From assembly GCA_007376145.1 (NCBI GenBank), contig VMFP01000004.1, positions 70,988 through 134,987 of the forward strand: a DNA stretch of 64,000 nucleotides, read 5' to 3'. This document shows, one piece after another, positions 57,056 through 64,000 of the stretch (its first letter is position 1; each line of letters starts with the position of its first letter). Source of the stretch: Parcubacteria group bacterium Gr01-1014_38. Its GTDB lineage: Bacteria; Patescibacteriota; Andersenbacteria; UBA10190; CAIZMI01. The position numbers and the translations under genes are program-made. Under the pieces are notes generated by a model. The model was not told where the DNA came from and did no database searches. It was given only the letters and a program-made list of their open reading frames with translations.

Positions 57056-58120
57056 ATGTCGCGGACTCCGTCACGAATCCTGCTGAAGCATGTCGGGAAC
57101 CTTGGGGACCATCTCTTCCTCGTCGGTGCGCTCCTCGAAGGGGTGGCACGGGTATGGCCGCACGCTACCGTGACGCTCGTGACCGCCTGGGGGTACAAAG
57201 ATCGGCAGGGACGGTGGGGGAAACGGAATCAGGACGGGTACGGCATTGCCCTGATGAAAGAAAACCCCCACGTTGATCACCTCGTTCACTGGAGTGATGC
57301 TCTGTGTTCTCCGGAGGGACGCATCTGCGTGGAAGAAGGGAAACGCTTTCCCACCTGGAATCGCGCGTACTTTGAGCACGTCAAGCCGACCTACGACATC
57401 GTGGCCGAGCTGGAATTTGGACTCCAGATTGAGGAGAACCCTCTCGAGCGCATCGCAGCGGCCGCAGGGCTCCCCTACGTGTCCATCGGACCGTACCCCT
57501 TCTACGGATCGCCGCAGGACGGGGACGTTGGCCGACAGGTGGCCGACCGTTTCCCGCGACCACGCGTTGTGTTCCTGGAAGGGTTAAACAGCACGACCAT
57601 GCGCGGGTGGGATCCGCGGAAAGTTACTGCTCTCGCGCAGCGCTTCCGGGACGTTGGCGTCACACCGCTCTGGTGGGGCGCATCGTTCACACCGCTGTTC
57701 CGCGGTCGAAAACTCACCCTGCGAGAGAACATTGCCCTCCTCGGCCAGTGCGATCTCGCCATTGGCGTCCTTGGCGCACCGATGCACTTTGCGGCCGCCG
57801 CCGGCGTCCAAACTCTGTGCCTGTATGGTGCCCAGTTCTACGCTCGTGCCGCGCCGGGATTCTTCTTCAACCAGACCATTCCAGACAGCCGCCGGCACCA
57901 CAGCACCGTGTTTGGTCCGACGTGTGATGAACCGTGCGCCTTAAAACGGGTATTGCCGTGCAAAAATCTCACCGGTGAGGCCCGGATTACCACGGGCTTT
58001 CGAAGCTGGCAGGCCCCCGGGCGCCAACACGACAAGTCTTGTATTGCCACCATTGCTGCCGAGACGGTCTTCGCAACCGCAGCGGAGGCTCTGGAGCGTC
58101 GAGGGCTCTGGCCGAAATAA
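57056..58120 (+). CDS. GT9-family glycosyltransferase (heptosyltransferase RfaF/WaaC-like)
   Basis: N-terminal ILLKHVGNLGDHLFLVGALLE and C-terminal ...LGQCDLAIGVLGAPMHFAAAAGVQTLCLYG. Confidence 0.65.
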   Translation: MSRTPSRILLKHVGNLGDHLFLVGALLEGVARVWPHATVTLVTAWGYKDRQGRWGKRNQDGYGIALMKENPHVDHLVHWSDALCSPEGRICVEEGKRFPTWNRAYFEHVKPTYDIVAELEFGLQIEENPLERIAAAAGLPYVSIGPYPFYGSPQDGDVGRQVADRFPRPRVVFLEGLNSTTMRGWDPRKVTALAQRFRDVGVTPLWWGASFTPLFRGRKLTLRENIALLGQCDLAIGVLGAPMHFAAAAGVQTLCLYGAQFYARAAPGFFFNQTIPDSRRHHSTVFGPTCDEPCALKRVLPCKNLTGEARITTGFRSWQAPGRQHDKSCIATIAAETVFATAAEALERRGLWPK

Positions 58121-58127
58121 CTGTGAT

Positions 58128-58844
58128 ATGCACAGCGTCGTCATCATCCCCACATACAATGAGCGGGAAAACATTCTCTCGCTCCTCGACGCATTGGAAC
58201 GTCGGTGCGGACCCGAGGTCTCCTTCCTCGTCGTTGATGATTCGTCCCCCGACGGGACGGGAAACCTCGTGCACCAGCGTGCGGTGAACGATCCGAGAGT
58301 TCGACTGTTCTCACGACCGAAGAAGGAGGGCTTGGGTCCGGCCTACACCGCGGCGTTCGAACATGTCCTCACCGCATCGGGCGATCCGGTTCCAGAAAGC
58401 ATTGTGCAGATGGATGCCGATTTTTCCCATCATCCCGACGATGTCCCCCGCCTTCTCGCGACCCTCGAACACGCCGATCTGGTGGTCGGCTCGCGGTACT
58501 GTCCGAGCGGTTCCGTGGCCAATTGGAACTGGCGTCGGCGCTTCTTGAGTCGGGTGGCAAACGAGTATGCTCGCCTCCTCACGCGAGTTTCCGTTCGGGA
58601 TCTCACGGCAGGGTTCTGCGCGTGGCGGGCAGACGTGCTCCGGCGTGTCGCGCCAAGCACCATCCGCGCCGATGGGTACGGGTACCTTCTCGCCATGAAA
58701 GTACGGGCGGCGCGGCTCGGCACGCGCATTGCGGAAGTCCCCATCATCTTCCGTGAACGCCGAGGCGGCGTGTCCAAAATTAGCTCCCACGTCATCGGCG
58801 AAGCGGCGTTGCTGGTCCTGCGCTTGGCGATTCGACGGTGGTGA
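58128..58844 (+). CDS. GT2 polyprenol-phosphate sugar synthase (Dpm1/Ppm1-like)
   Basis: MHSVVIIPTYNERENI...FLVVDDSSPDGT...MDADFSHHP. Confidence 0.8.
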   Translation: MHSVVIIPTYNERENILSLLDALERRCGPEVSFLVVDDSSPDGTGNLVHQRAVNDPRVRLFSRPKKEGLGPAYTAAFEHVLTASGDPVPESIVQMDADFSHHPDDVPRLLATLEHADLVVGSRYCPSGSVANWNWRRRFLSRVANEYARLLTRVSVRDLTAGFCAWRADVLRRVAPSTIRADGYGYLLAMKVRAARLGTRIAEVPIIFRERRGGVSKISSHVIGEAALLVLRLAIRRW

Positions 58845-61255
58845 CGTTGGTCTCTCCGATGAACCGCGCGTGGGATCTCCTCGTCCTCGCACTCGTTGCG
58901 GTTGCACTGCTGACCCCCTACACCGTCTCATCGTTTCTCCTCGCGGGAGACATCCGCGATCTCTACCTCCCGATCGAGGATTTCTTTCGCGCCGAGATGG
59001 CCGAAGGACGCGTGCCAAGCTGGGACCCTGATACGGCCTTAGGATTTCCGGTTCTCGCCTCCGCGCAAACGGGATTCTGGTATCCTCCGCTCTTCCTGCT
59101 CCGCCCCTTCCTTCCTCCCGAATATCTGTACGCCGTGACCTACCTTCTCCACGGCCTGGTCCTGGCGCTGGGCATGTACTCCTATGCGCGTTCCCTCGGT
59201 CTCTCGCGCGCGGGGTCAATGCTCACCGCACTCGCATGTACCGGAAGCGGGTTTACGGTCGGACACTTCACGCACGCCAATATTGTTTTTGGAATCGCCT
59301 GGCTTCCCTGGGTGCTCCTCGTCTCTGACGCCCTGGCCGCCTCGCTTCGACCCCGGCTTCTTGTCCTCCTAAGCATCCTCCTCGCGCTCACCGCGCTCCC
59401 CGGTCATTTCCACATCGCCGCGATCATCGCTGCGCTCAGCGCATGCCGCTTTCTCTTTCAGCTCCGCGTACGGCAGCCGGGCGTCCCGGCTTCGCACACC
59501 TTCTGGACATTCGGAGCGCTCTTTCTCCCGGTTCTGGTCGGCATGCTGGCACTCACGGCAGCGCAGCTCTTCCCCACACTCGAACTCGTTCGCGAGTCGA
59601 CGCGCGGTCCCGGTGGAGGATTTGATCTTGCGCGCGCCAATCAGCACTCCTTTCCACCGTGGCAAGCCATCACGTTCTTCCTTCCTGCCTTCTTCGGCTT
59701 CCCCGACCTGTCCGAATACTGGGGAACGCGCCCCCAAATCGAAATGGCCGCCTGGATCGGAACACTCCCGTTCCTCTTCGCCTTGGTCGGCATCGGTTCG
59801 CTTCGTGCACGCACGCGGGAGCGAGTGTCCCCGAACTTCTGGGTGATCCTCGCGCTCGTCGGGTTCCTCTTCGCGCTCGGCCGGTGGTCGCCTCTCCGTC
59901 TCCTGGGCCTGGAACCAACGTTGGGGATCTTTTCCTCACCAGCGCGGTACCTGGTGCTCACCCAGTGGTCTCTGGCACTCCTCGCAGGCATCGGCTTTGA
60001 CCGCGTGCAACGCCAGCAACGCGCAGGGCGGCTGAGCGGACTGTTTGGGATTGGTGCAGCGCTCGCTGTGGGAGGTGGATTCGTCCTCCTCAAGACCGCA
60101 CCAGACACGCTTCGTCGCCTCGGTGCTCTTGCTATCGAGCAGGTCATTTTGGGAAAGCCGGGGCATGTGCTCTCCAAGACGCAGTACCTCGAAAAACTGG
60201 ATTATCTCCTGGAACGCGTGGGTACCTGGGGCTTCAATCTCAAGAACCCGCTCATTCTTCTGTCCACCGTTCTTCTGTTGTTCGGGGGGATCTGGCTCGT
60301 TCGCTCCGCGCGCCGACCGAGAAATGCAGCTCCGAGTCCGCGGAGCCTCCTGCTGCGTGCTTCTCTCGTGCTCGGGGCGACGGCCGTCGAGCTCCTGGCG
60401 ATGGCGTGGCAGGCGCATCCGCGCGTTGCCTGGGCCGACGTGCGGAAAGAATCTCCTGTGACCCAGGTAATTCGGGATCGTCCACGGGGGCGGCTCTACG
60501 TCGTCCACCCACAAGGCGACACCGGGCTGTACTTCGCGAATCCCACCACCATCAATCGAGAAGAACATGAGCGACTCCTCCGCGATCTCGCCGTCGCCAA
60601 CATCTTCACCCGGAGCGGGATTCCCGGCATCGAGTGGACAGCATCACTCGACTTGGCGCGGGCATCTCATATTCTCTCGCGCGCGCGCGATGACCAGGGA
60701 CGACCGGTGAACGAGAATCTCCTTGATCGCCTCGGCGTCCGCTATGTCGCGGGGAGTACGCGAACACCGGCGCTGCACCTTCCGCTACCCGCGCGCGGGA
60801 TTCTCAACTTCGAAAGCGCGGAGCAGGCCACGGTGCGCGTCTGGGAGCGCCCGACAGCTCGGCCGCGTGTCGAGCTTCTCACTGCCATGCCGCAGGAAAT
60901 TACCGAGCCGCTGCCGCCGACGGCGGGAACAGCGACCATCGTTTCGGAAAACCCGCACCACCTCGCCATCAGAGCCGAGAACCGAACCGGACATCCCGCC
61001 GCACTGGTGCTGCGTGATTCGTTCTATCCAGGCTGGCAGGCAACGCTTGATGGCGTATCGGTTCCGATCGCGCGCGCGGAGAGCGTTTTCCGCGGGGTAC
61101 TGATCCCGCCGGGAACGCACACGCTGATGTTTCGATACCAACCACGGGCGCTGTACGCCGGCATTGTGGTATCGAGTATCGTCCTCATGGCGCTCGGCGG
61201 AATGCTCCTCCGCCCAGCACTACTCCGTTCCACGAACGGAGCGGCGCACGCGTGA
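58838..61255 (+). CDS. YfhO-family polytopic membrane protein
   Basis: ...DIRDLYLPIEDFFRAEMAEGRVPSWDPDTALGFPVLASAQ... is the YfhO first-loop pattern. It is 805 aa with many TM helices and a C-terminal extracytoplasmic domain. Confidence 0.65.
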   Translation: MVTLVSPMNRAWDLLVLALVAVALLTPYTVSSFLLAGDIRDLYLPIEDFFRAEMAEGRVPSWDPDTALGFPVLASAQTGFWYPPLFLLRPFLPPEYLYAVTYLLHGLVLALGMYSYARSLGLSRAGSMLTALACTGSGFTVGHFTHANIVFGIAWLPWVLLVSDALAASLRPRLLVLLSILLALTALPGHFHIAAIIAALSACRFLFQLRVRQPGVPASHTFWTFGALFLPVLVGMLALTAAQLFPTLELVRESTRGPGGGFDLARANQHSFPPWQAITFFLPAFFGFPDLSEYWGTRPQIEMAAWIGTLPFLFALVGIGSLRARTRERVSPNFWVILALVGFLFALGRWSPLRLLGLEPTLGIFSSPARYLVLTQWSLALLAGIGFDRVQRQQRAGRLSGLFGIGAALAVGGGFVLLKTAPDTLRRLGALAIEQVILGKPGHVLSKTQYLEKLDYLLERVGTWGFNLKNPLILLSTVLLLFGGIWLVRSARRPRNAAPSPRSLLLRASLVLGATAVELLAMAWQAHPRVAWADVRKESPVTQVIRDRPRGRLYVVHPQGDTGLYFANPTTINREEHERLLRDLAVANIFTRSGIPGIEWTASLDLARASHILSRARDDQGRPVNENLLDRLGVRYVAGSTRTPALHLPLPARGILNFESAEQATVRVWERPTARPRVELLTAMPQEITEPLPPTAGTATIVSENPHHLAIRAENRTGHPAALVLRDSFYPGWQATLDGVSVPIARAESVFRGVLIPPGTHTLMFRYQPRALYAGIVVSSIVLMALGGMLLRPALLRSTNGAAHA

Positions 61256-61600
61256 AAAAGCCAGGCGGGGCGACGCCTGGCTAGACGAAGGTTGTGGGAC
61301 GTTTAGGCGAGGTAGACCACAATGCCGCAGGCTCCTGCCCGCCCACACCGGTCCCAATCCGACCATGAAACACGCCATGCCTGGCCCACTCGGCAGCGGC
61401 CTGTTCATTCCAACCGTGCATGCTTGAACCTCCCGCCGCGTCGTACGCGGACAATTCGAGAACGTTGAGAAAGAACGAAACGGAGATTCACCATACAGGA
61501 TCGGCGACTCCGCGTCAACACCGTTGCCAACAGATGGAGCGTGGGCTATGCTGCCATCATGGATCAGCGAGCCAAGCAGGAAGCTCAGACCCACGCCCAG

Positions 61601-61996
61601 ATGGCCGACGACGTGCTCCGGAAGTCCGAGATCGTCGAGAACAGCGCCCGCGGGATTATCGAGAAACTGGTCGAGGGAGAGTTCCATAGTGTCCTCCGCA
61701 TTACGTCGAAGGCAGGAACCGTCCGCGCGAACCACTATCATAAGCGGGACTCTCATCTCTGCTACCTCGTCCGCGGGAAAATCGAGTACGTGTATCGCGA
61801 TGCGCTCGACGAACGCGCACCGCTCCAGCGCATGATCATCGAACCCGGGCAGCTCTTCTACAGCCCACCGATGGTGGCGCACGCGATGGTGTTCCTCGAG
61901 GATTCGGAGTTCTACTGCTTCACGACGAGCCCCCGCCACACGCAGAAGGACTACGAGGACGACGTCGTCCGGGTCACGCTTGTCCCGTCTTCGTGA
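61601..61996 (+). CDS. small cupin, FdtA/QdtA (WxcM)-like NDP-4-keto-6-deoxyhexose 3,4-ketoisomerase
   Basis: From MADDVL: ...SARGIIEKL...GTVRANHYHKRDSHLCYLVRGKIEY...SPPMVAHAMVFLE. It has the HxH metal/active-site pair and the WH.M-like motif. The upstream in-frame ATGs at 61541 and 61559 are alternatives. Confidence 0.5.
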   Translation: MADDVLRKSEIVENSARGIIEKLVEGEFHSVLRITSKAGTVRANHYHKRDSHLCYLVRGKIEYVYRDALDERAPLQRMIIEPGQLFYSPPMVAHAMVFLEDSEFYCFTTSPRHTQKDYEDDVVRVTLVPSS

Positions 61997-63282
61997 GCAT
62001 GCAGGCACCCTCGATCCTTCACACATCGCTTCGGACCAAGAGCATCATCACGAAGACCACCGCCTGCCGACTGTGCGGAAGTCAGCGGCGTACCGATGTG
62101 TGGTCGTTCGGGGAAACACCGCTGGCGAACGCCTACCGCACGGTGGAAGAACTCGGGCAGCCCGAGTTCGTGGCGCCACTCACGGTCGCACGCTGTGAAG
62201 CATGCCAGCTCGTCCAGCTGCGAGAAACGGTCGATCCAACGGTTCTTTTCCGGGACTATCTCTACGTGTCGTCAACCTCACCGACGTTCGTCGCGCACTT
62301 CGACGCGTACGCCGCGCATCTCACGGAGCGTTTCCACCTCCGTGCGGGCACCTTCGTCATCGATATCGGGAGTAACGATGGGATTCTGTTGAAACCCCTC
62401 CGCGCCCGTGGCGTTCGCGCACTCGGGGTGGAGCCAGTCGCACACATCGCGGACAGAGCGAATGCGGAAGGCGCCGAAACTCTCCCGGCGTTCTTCTCCC
62501 GAAGTCTCGCCAGGGAGATTCGCTCGCGGTACGGACCGGCGACGGTGATCACCGCAAATAATGTCTTTGCACACATGCCGGATCTGGACGACGCTCTCCA
62601 AGGCGTGCAGGAACTCCTCGCAGAGGACGGCGTGTGTGCCTTCGAAGTGCAGTACCTTGGCGATCTGCTGGAGAAGAACCTGTTTGACATCGTGTACCAC
62701 GAACACCTCTGCTACTATCACGTCGCACCGCTCGTTCCCTTCTTTGCTCGGCACGGCTTTGAACTCTTCGATGTCCAACGCGTTCCCGTCCACGGTGGTT
62801 CTATCCGTGTTTTCGTCCAGCGAGCGAACGGGCCGCATCCCACGGAGACCCGGATCCAGGAACTGTTGGATGCGGAACGCGCTCAAGGCCTGCATACCCT
62901 CGAACCGTACCGGGCGTTCTGGCAACGGGTGCAAACGAATAAAGAGTCCTTGGTCCGTCTTCTCTCTCACCTCCGCGCCTCGGGGAAACGCCTTGCTGGC
63001 TACGGAGCACCGGCCAAAGCCACGACGCTACTGCAGACCTTCGGTATCGGTCCCGAAACGCTCGAGTACATCGTGGATGACGACACGAAGTTCAAGCAGG
63101 GCCGCTATATGCCGGGGTCGCACATTCCCATCGTGGCGCCAGAGCGTCTCTACCGCGACCGGCCGGACGCCTGCCTCATCCTCGCGTGGAATTTCGCCGA
63201 ACCGCTCATGCACACGCACCGACGCTTCACACAACAAGGCGGACGTTTTATTGTTCCCGTACCCGAACCCCGGATCGTGTGA
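61993..63282 (+). CDS. NDP-hexose C-methyltransferase (TylC3/NovU family), second paralog
   Basis: CRLCGS...CEACQ Zn ribbon, FVIDIGSNDGILL SAM motif, and C-terminus ACLILAWNFAEPLM. It is co-linear with the ORF at 6783-8051. Confidence 0.75.
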   Translation: MSMQAPSILHTSLRTKSIITKTTACRLCGSQRRTDVWSFGETPLANAYRTVEELGQPEFVAPLTVARCEACQLVQLRETVDPTVLFRDYLYVSSTSPTFVAHFDAYAAHLTERFHLRAGTFVIDIGSNDGILLKPLRARGVRALGVEPVAHIADRANAEGAETLPAFFSRSLAREIRSRYGPATVITANNVFAHMPDLDDALQGVQELLAEDGVCAFEVQYLGDLLEKNLFDIVYHEHLCYYHVAPLVPFFARHGFELFDVQRVPVHGGSIRVFVQRANGPHPTETRIQELLDAERAQGLHTLEPYRAFWQRVQTNKESLVRLLSHLRASGKRLAGYGAPAKATTLLQTFGIGPETLEYIVDDDTKFKQGRYMPGSHIPIVAPERLYRDRPDACLILAWNFAEPLMHTHRRFTQQGGRFIVPVPEPRIV

Positions 63283-63287
63283 GCGAT

Positions 63288-64000
63288 ATGCGACCCCCGC
63301 CCGTCATCCAAGAAGATCTGGCGGCGATTGCCGAGACCATCGGCAGCGCCGCGCAGGAACTCGCCGGGAAGACGGTGCTGATCAGCGGTGGCGCCGGGTT
63401 CCTCGGACGGTACTTCCTCGGCGTCTTCGCGCACCTGAACCGGCGAACGCTTGGCCAGCCGTGCCGCGTCATCTCCGCTGACAACTACATCACCGGAGAT
63501 CGGGACGGTGCGTTCGGGGTCAACGATGATCCGAACGTGCTCTCGCTCTGGGCGGATGTGACACTGCCGCTTCCCGTCCGCGAACCCGTTGACTACATCA
63601 TTCACGCCGCCGGCCTTGCTTCGCCCGTCTACTACCAACGGTACCCGCTCGAAACGATTGAGAGCGCCGTCCTAGGCGCCAAAAATCTTCTCGAGTTGGG
63701 CAGGCGAAACGCGCTCAAGAGTTTCCTGCTTTTCAGCTCGAGCGAAATCTACGGCGACCCCGACCCGCGCTCCGTCCCCACGCCGGAAACGTACTGTGGG
63801 AACGTCTCGAGCGTCGGTCCCCGCGCGTGCTACGACGAGTCGAAGCGGCTGGCGGAAACGCTTTCGATCGTCTACCACCAGCAATTCGGCGTGCCCGTGA
63901 AGATTGTCCGACCGTTCAACGTGTACGGTCCGGGAATGCGGCCGGACGACCGTCGCGTCATGCCGACGTTCGGGCTGCGCACGCTCCGCGGCGAGTCGCT
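63288..64000 (+). CDS. NAD-dependent SDR epimerase/dehydratase, UDP-glucuronate decarboxylase (UXS/ArnA-C)-like; 3' end outside window
   Basis: Manual translation: TVLISGGAGFLGRYF...LFSSSEIYGDPDPRSVPTPETYCGNVSSVGPRACYDESKRLAETL. The SSEIYGDP and CYDESKR motifs are characteristic of UXS-type decarboxylases. Confidence 0.65.
   Translation, partial: MRPPPVIQEDLAAIAETIGSAAQELAGKTVLISGGAGFLGRYFLGVFAHLNRRTLGQPCRVISADNYITGDRDGAFGVNDDPNVLSLWADVTLPLPVREPVDYIIHAAGLASPVYYQRYPLETIESAVLGAKNLLELGRRNALKSFLLFSSSEIYGDPDPRSVPTPETYCGNVSSVGPRACYDESKRLAETLSIVYHQQFGVPVKIVRPFNVYGPGMRPDDRRVMPTFGLRTLRGES

Noticed and set aside
1-64000. CRISPR arrays, tRNA/rRNA genes, insertion sequences, integrases
   Set aside because: I found no direct-repeat/spacer periodicity, no cloverleaf-like conserved tRNA segments and no transposase or integrase motifs (DDE, tyrosine recombinase R-H-R-Y) in any frame. 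The lower-GC blocks lack flanking direct repeats that I could see.

Overview
This 64 kb window is high-GC bacterial DNA (roughly two-thirds GC by eye, with two lower-GC patches at about 4.3-10.4 kb and 48.0-50.3 kb). Almost all of it belongs to one very large cell-envelope glycosylation and nucleotide-sugar-tailoring locus. I found no rRNA, tRNA, CRISPR array, transposase or integrase. Genes sit in long co-directional blocks and several adjacent pairs share an ATGA or TGATG stop/start overlap.

Main content, all called from motifs in the supplied translations:
- Eleven large polytopic membrane glycosyltransferase-like proteins:
  - five ArnT/PMT_2-like GT-C proteins carrying the first-loop DE motif (1-994 partial, 12358-14577, 14583-16112, 29952-32270, 34490-36988);
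  - five YfhO-family proteins (991-3387, 37982-40951, 40951-43287, 51057-53636, 58838-61255);
  - one DUF2079-like protein (43509-45107).
- Five GT2 polyprenol-phosphate-sugar synthase-like genes (Dpm1/GtrB/CsbB type), each next to one of the above. Also present are two GT4 genes, one GT9, two MOP-type flippases (one Wzx-like, one MurJ-like) and a UPF0104 membrane protein.
- A lower-GC deoxysugar cassette, plus nearby tailoring genes:
  - in the cassette: NDP-hexose 2,3-dehydratase, a Gfo/Idh/MocA 3-ketoreductase-like oxidoreductase, a TylC3/NovU-type C-methyltransferase and an RmlC-like epimerase;
  - nearby: a NodU/CmcH-type carbamoyltransferase, a second C-methyltransferase paralog, an FdtA-like cupin, a UXS-like SDR, and a ColD/E1-like 3-dehydrase with His in place of the PLP-lysine.
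- An operon glyA-folD-GT4-sugar N-formyltransferase-WecE-like aminotransferase, where formyl-THF supply sits beside a 4-amino-sugar formylation step.
- Five class-I SAM methyltransferases (two with N-terminal Zn ribbons) and an AsnB-like amidotransferase.

The parts I cannot explain, and would look at first, are:
- a self-contained lower-GC two-gene unit of unknown function (48092-49110) with strong Shine-Dalgarno sites and its own intrinsic terminator;
- a 572-aa soluble hypothetical protein (45260-46975);
- a perfect 22-bp palindrome between divergent deoxysugar genes (8063-8084);
- a triple-hairpin REP-like element (36993-37100).
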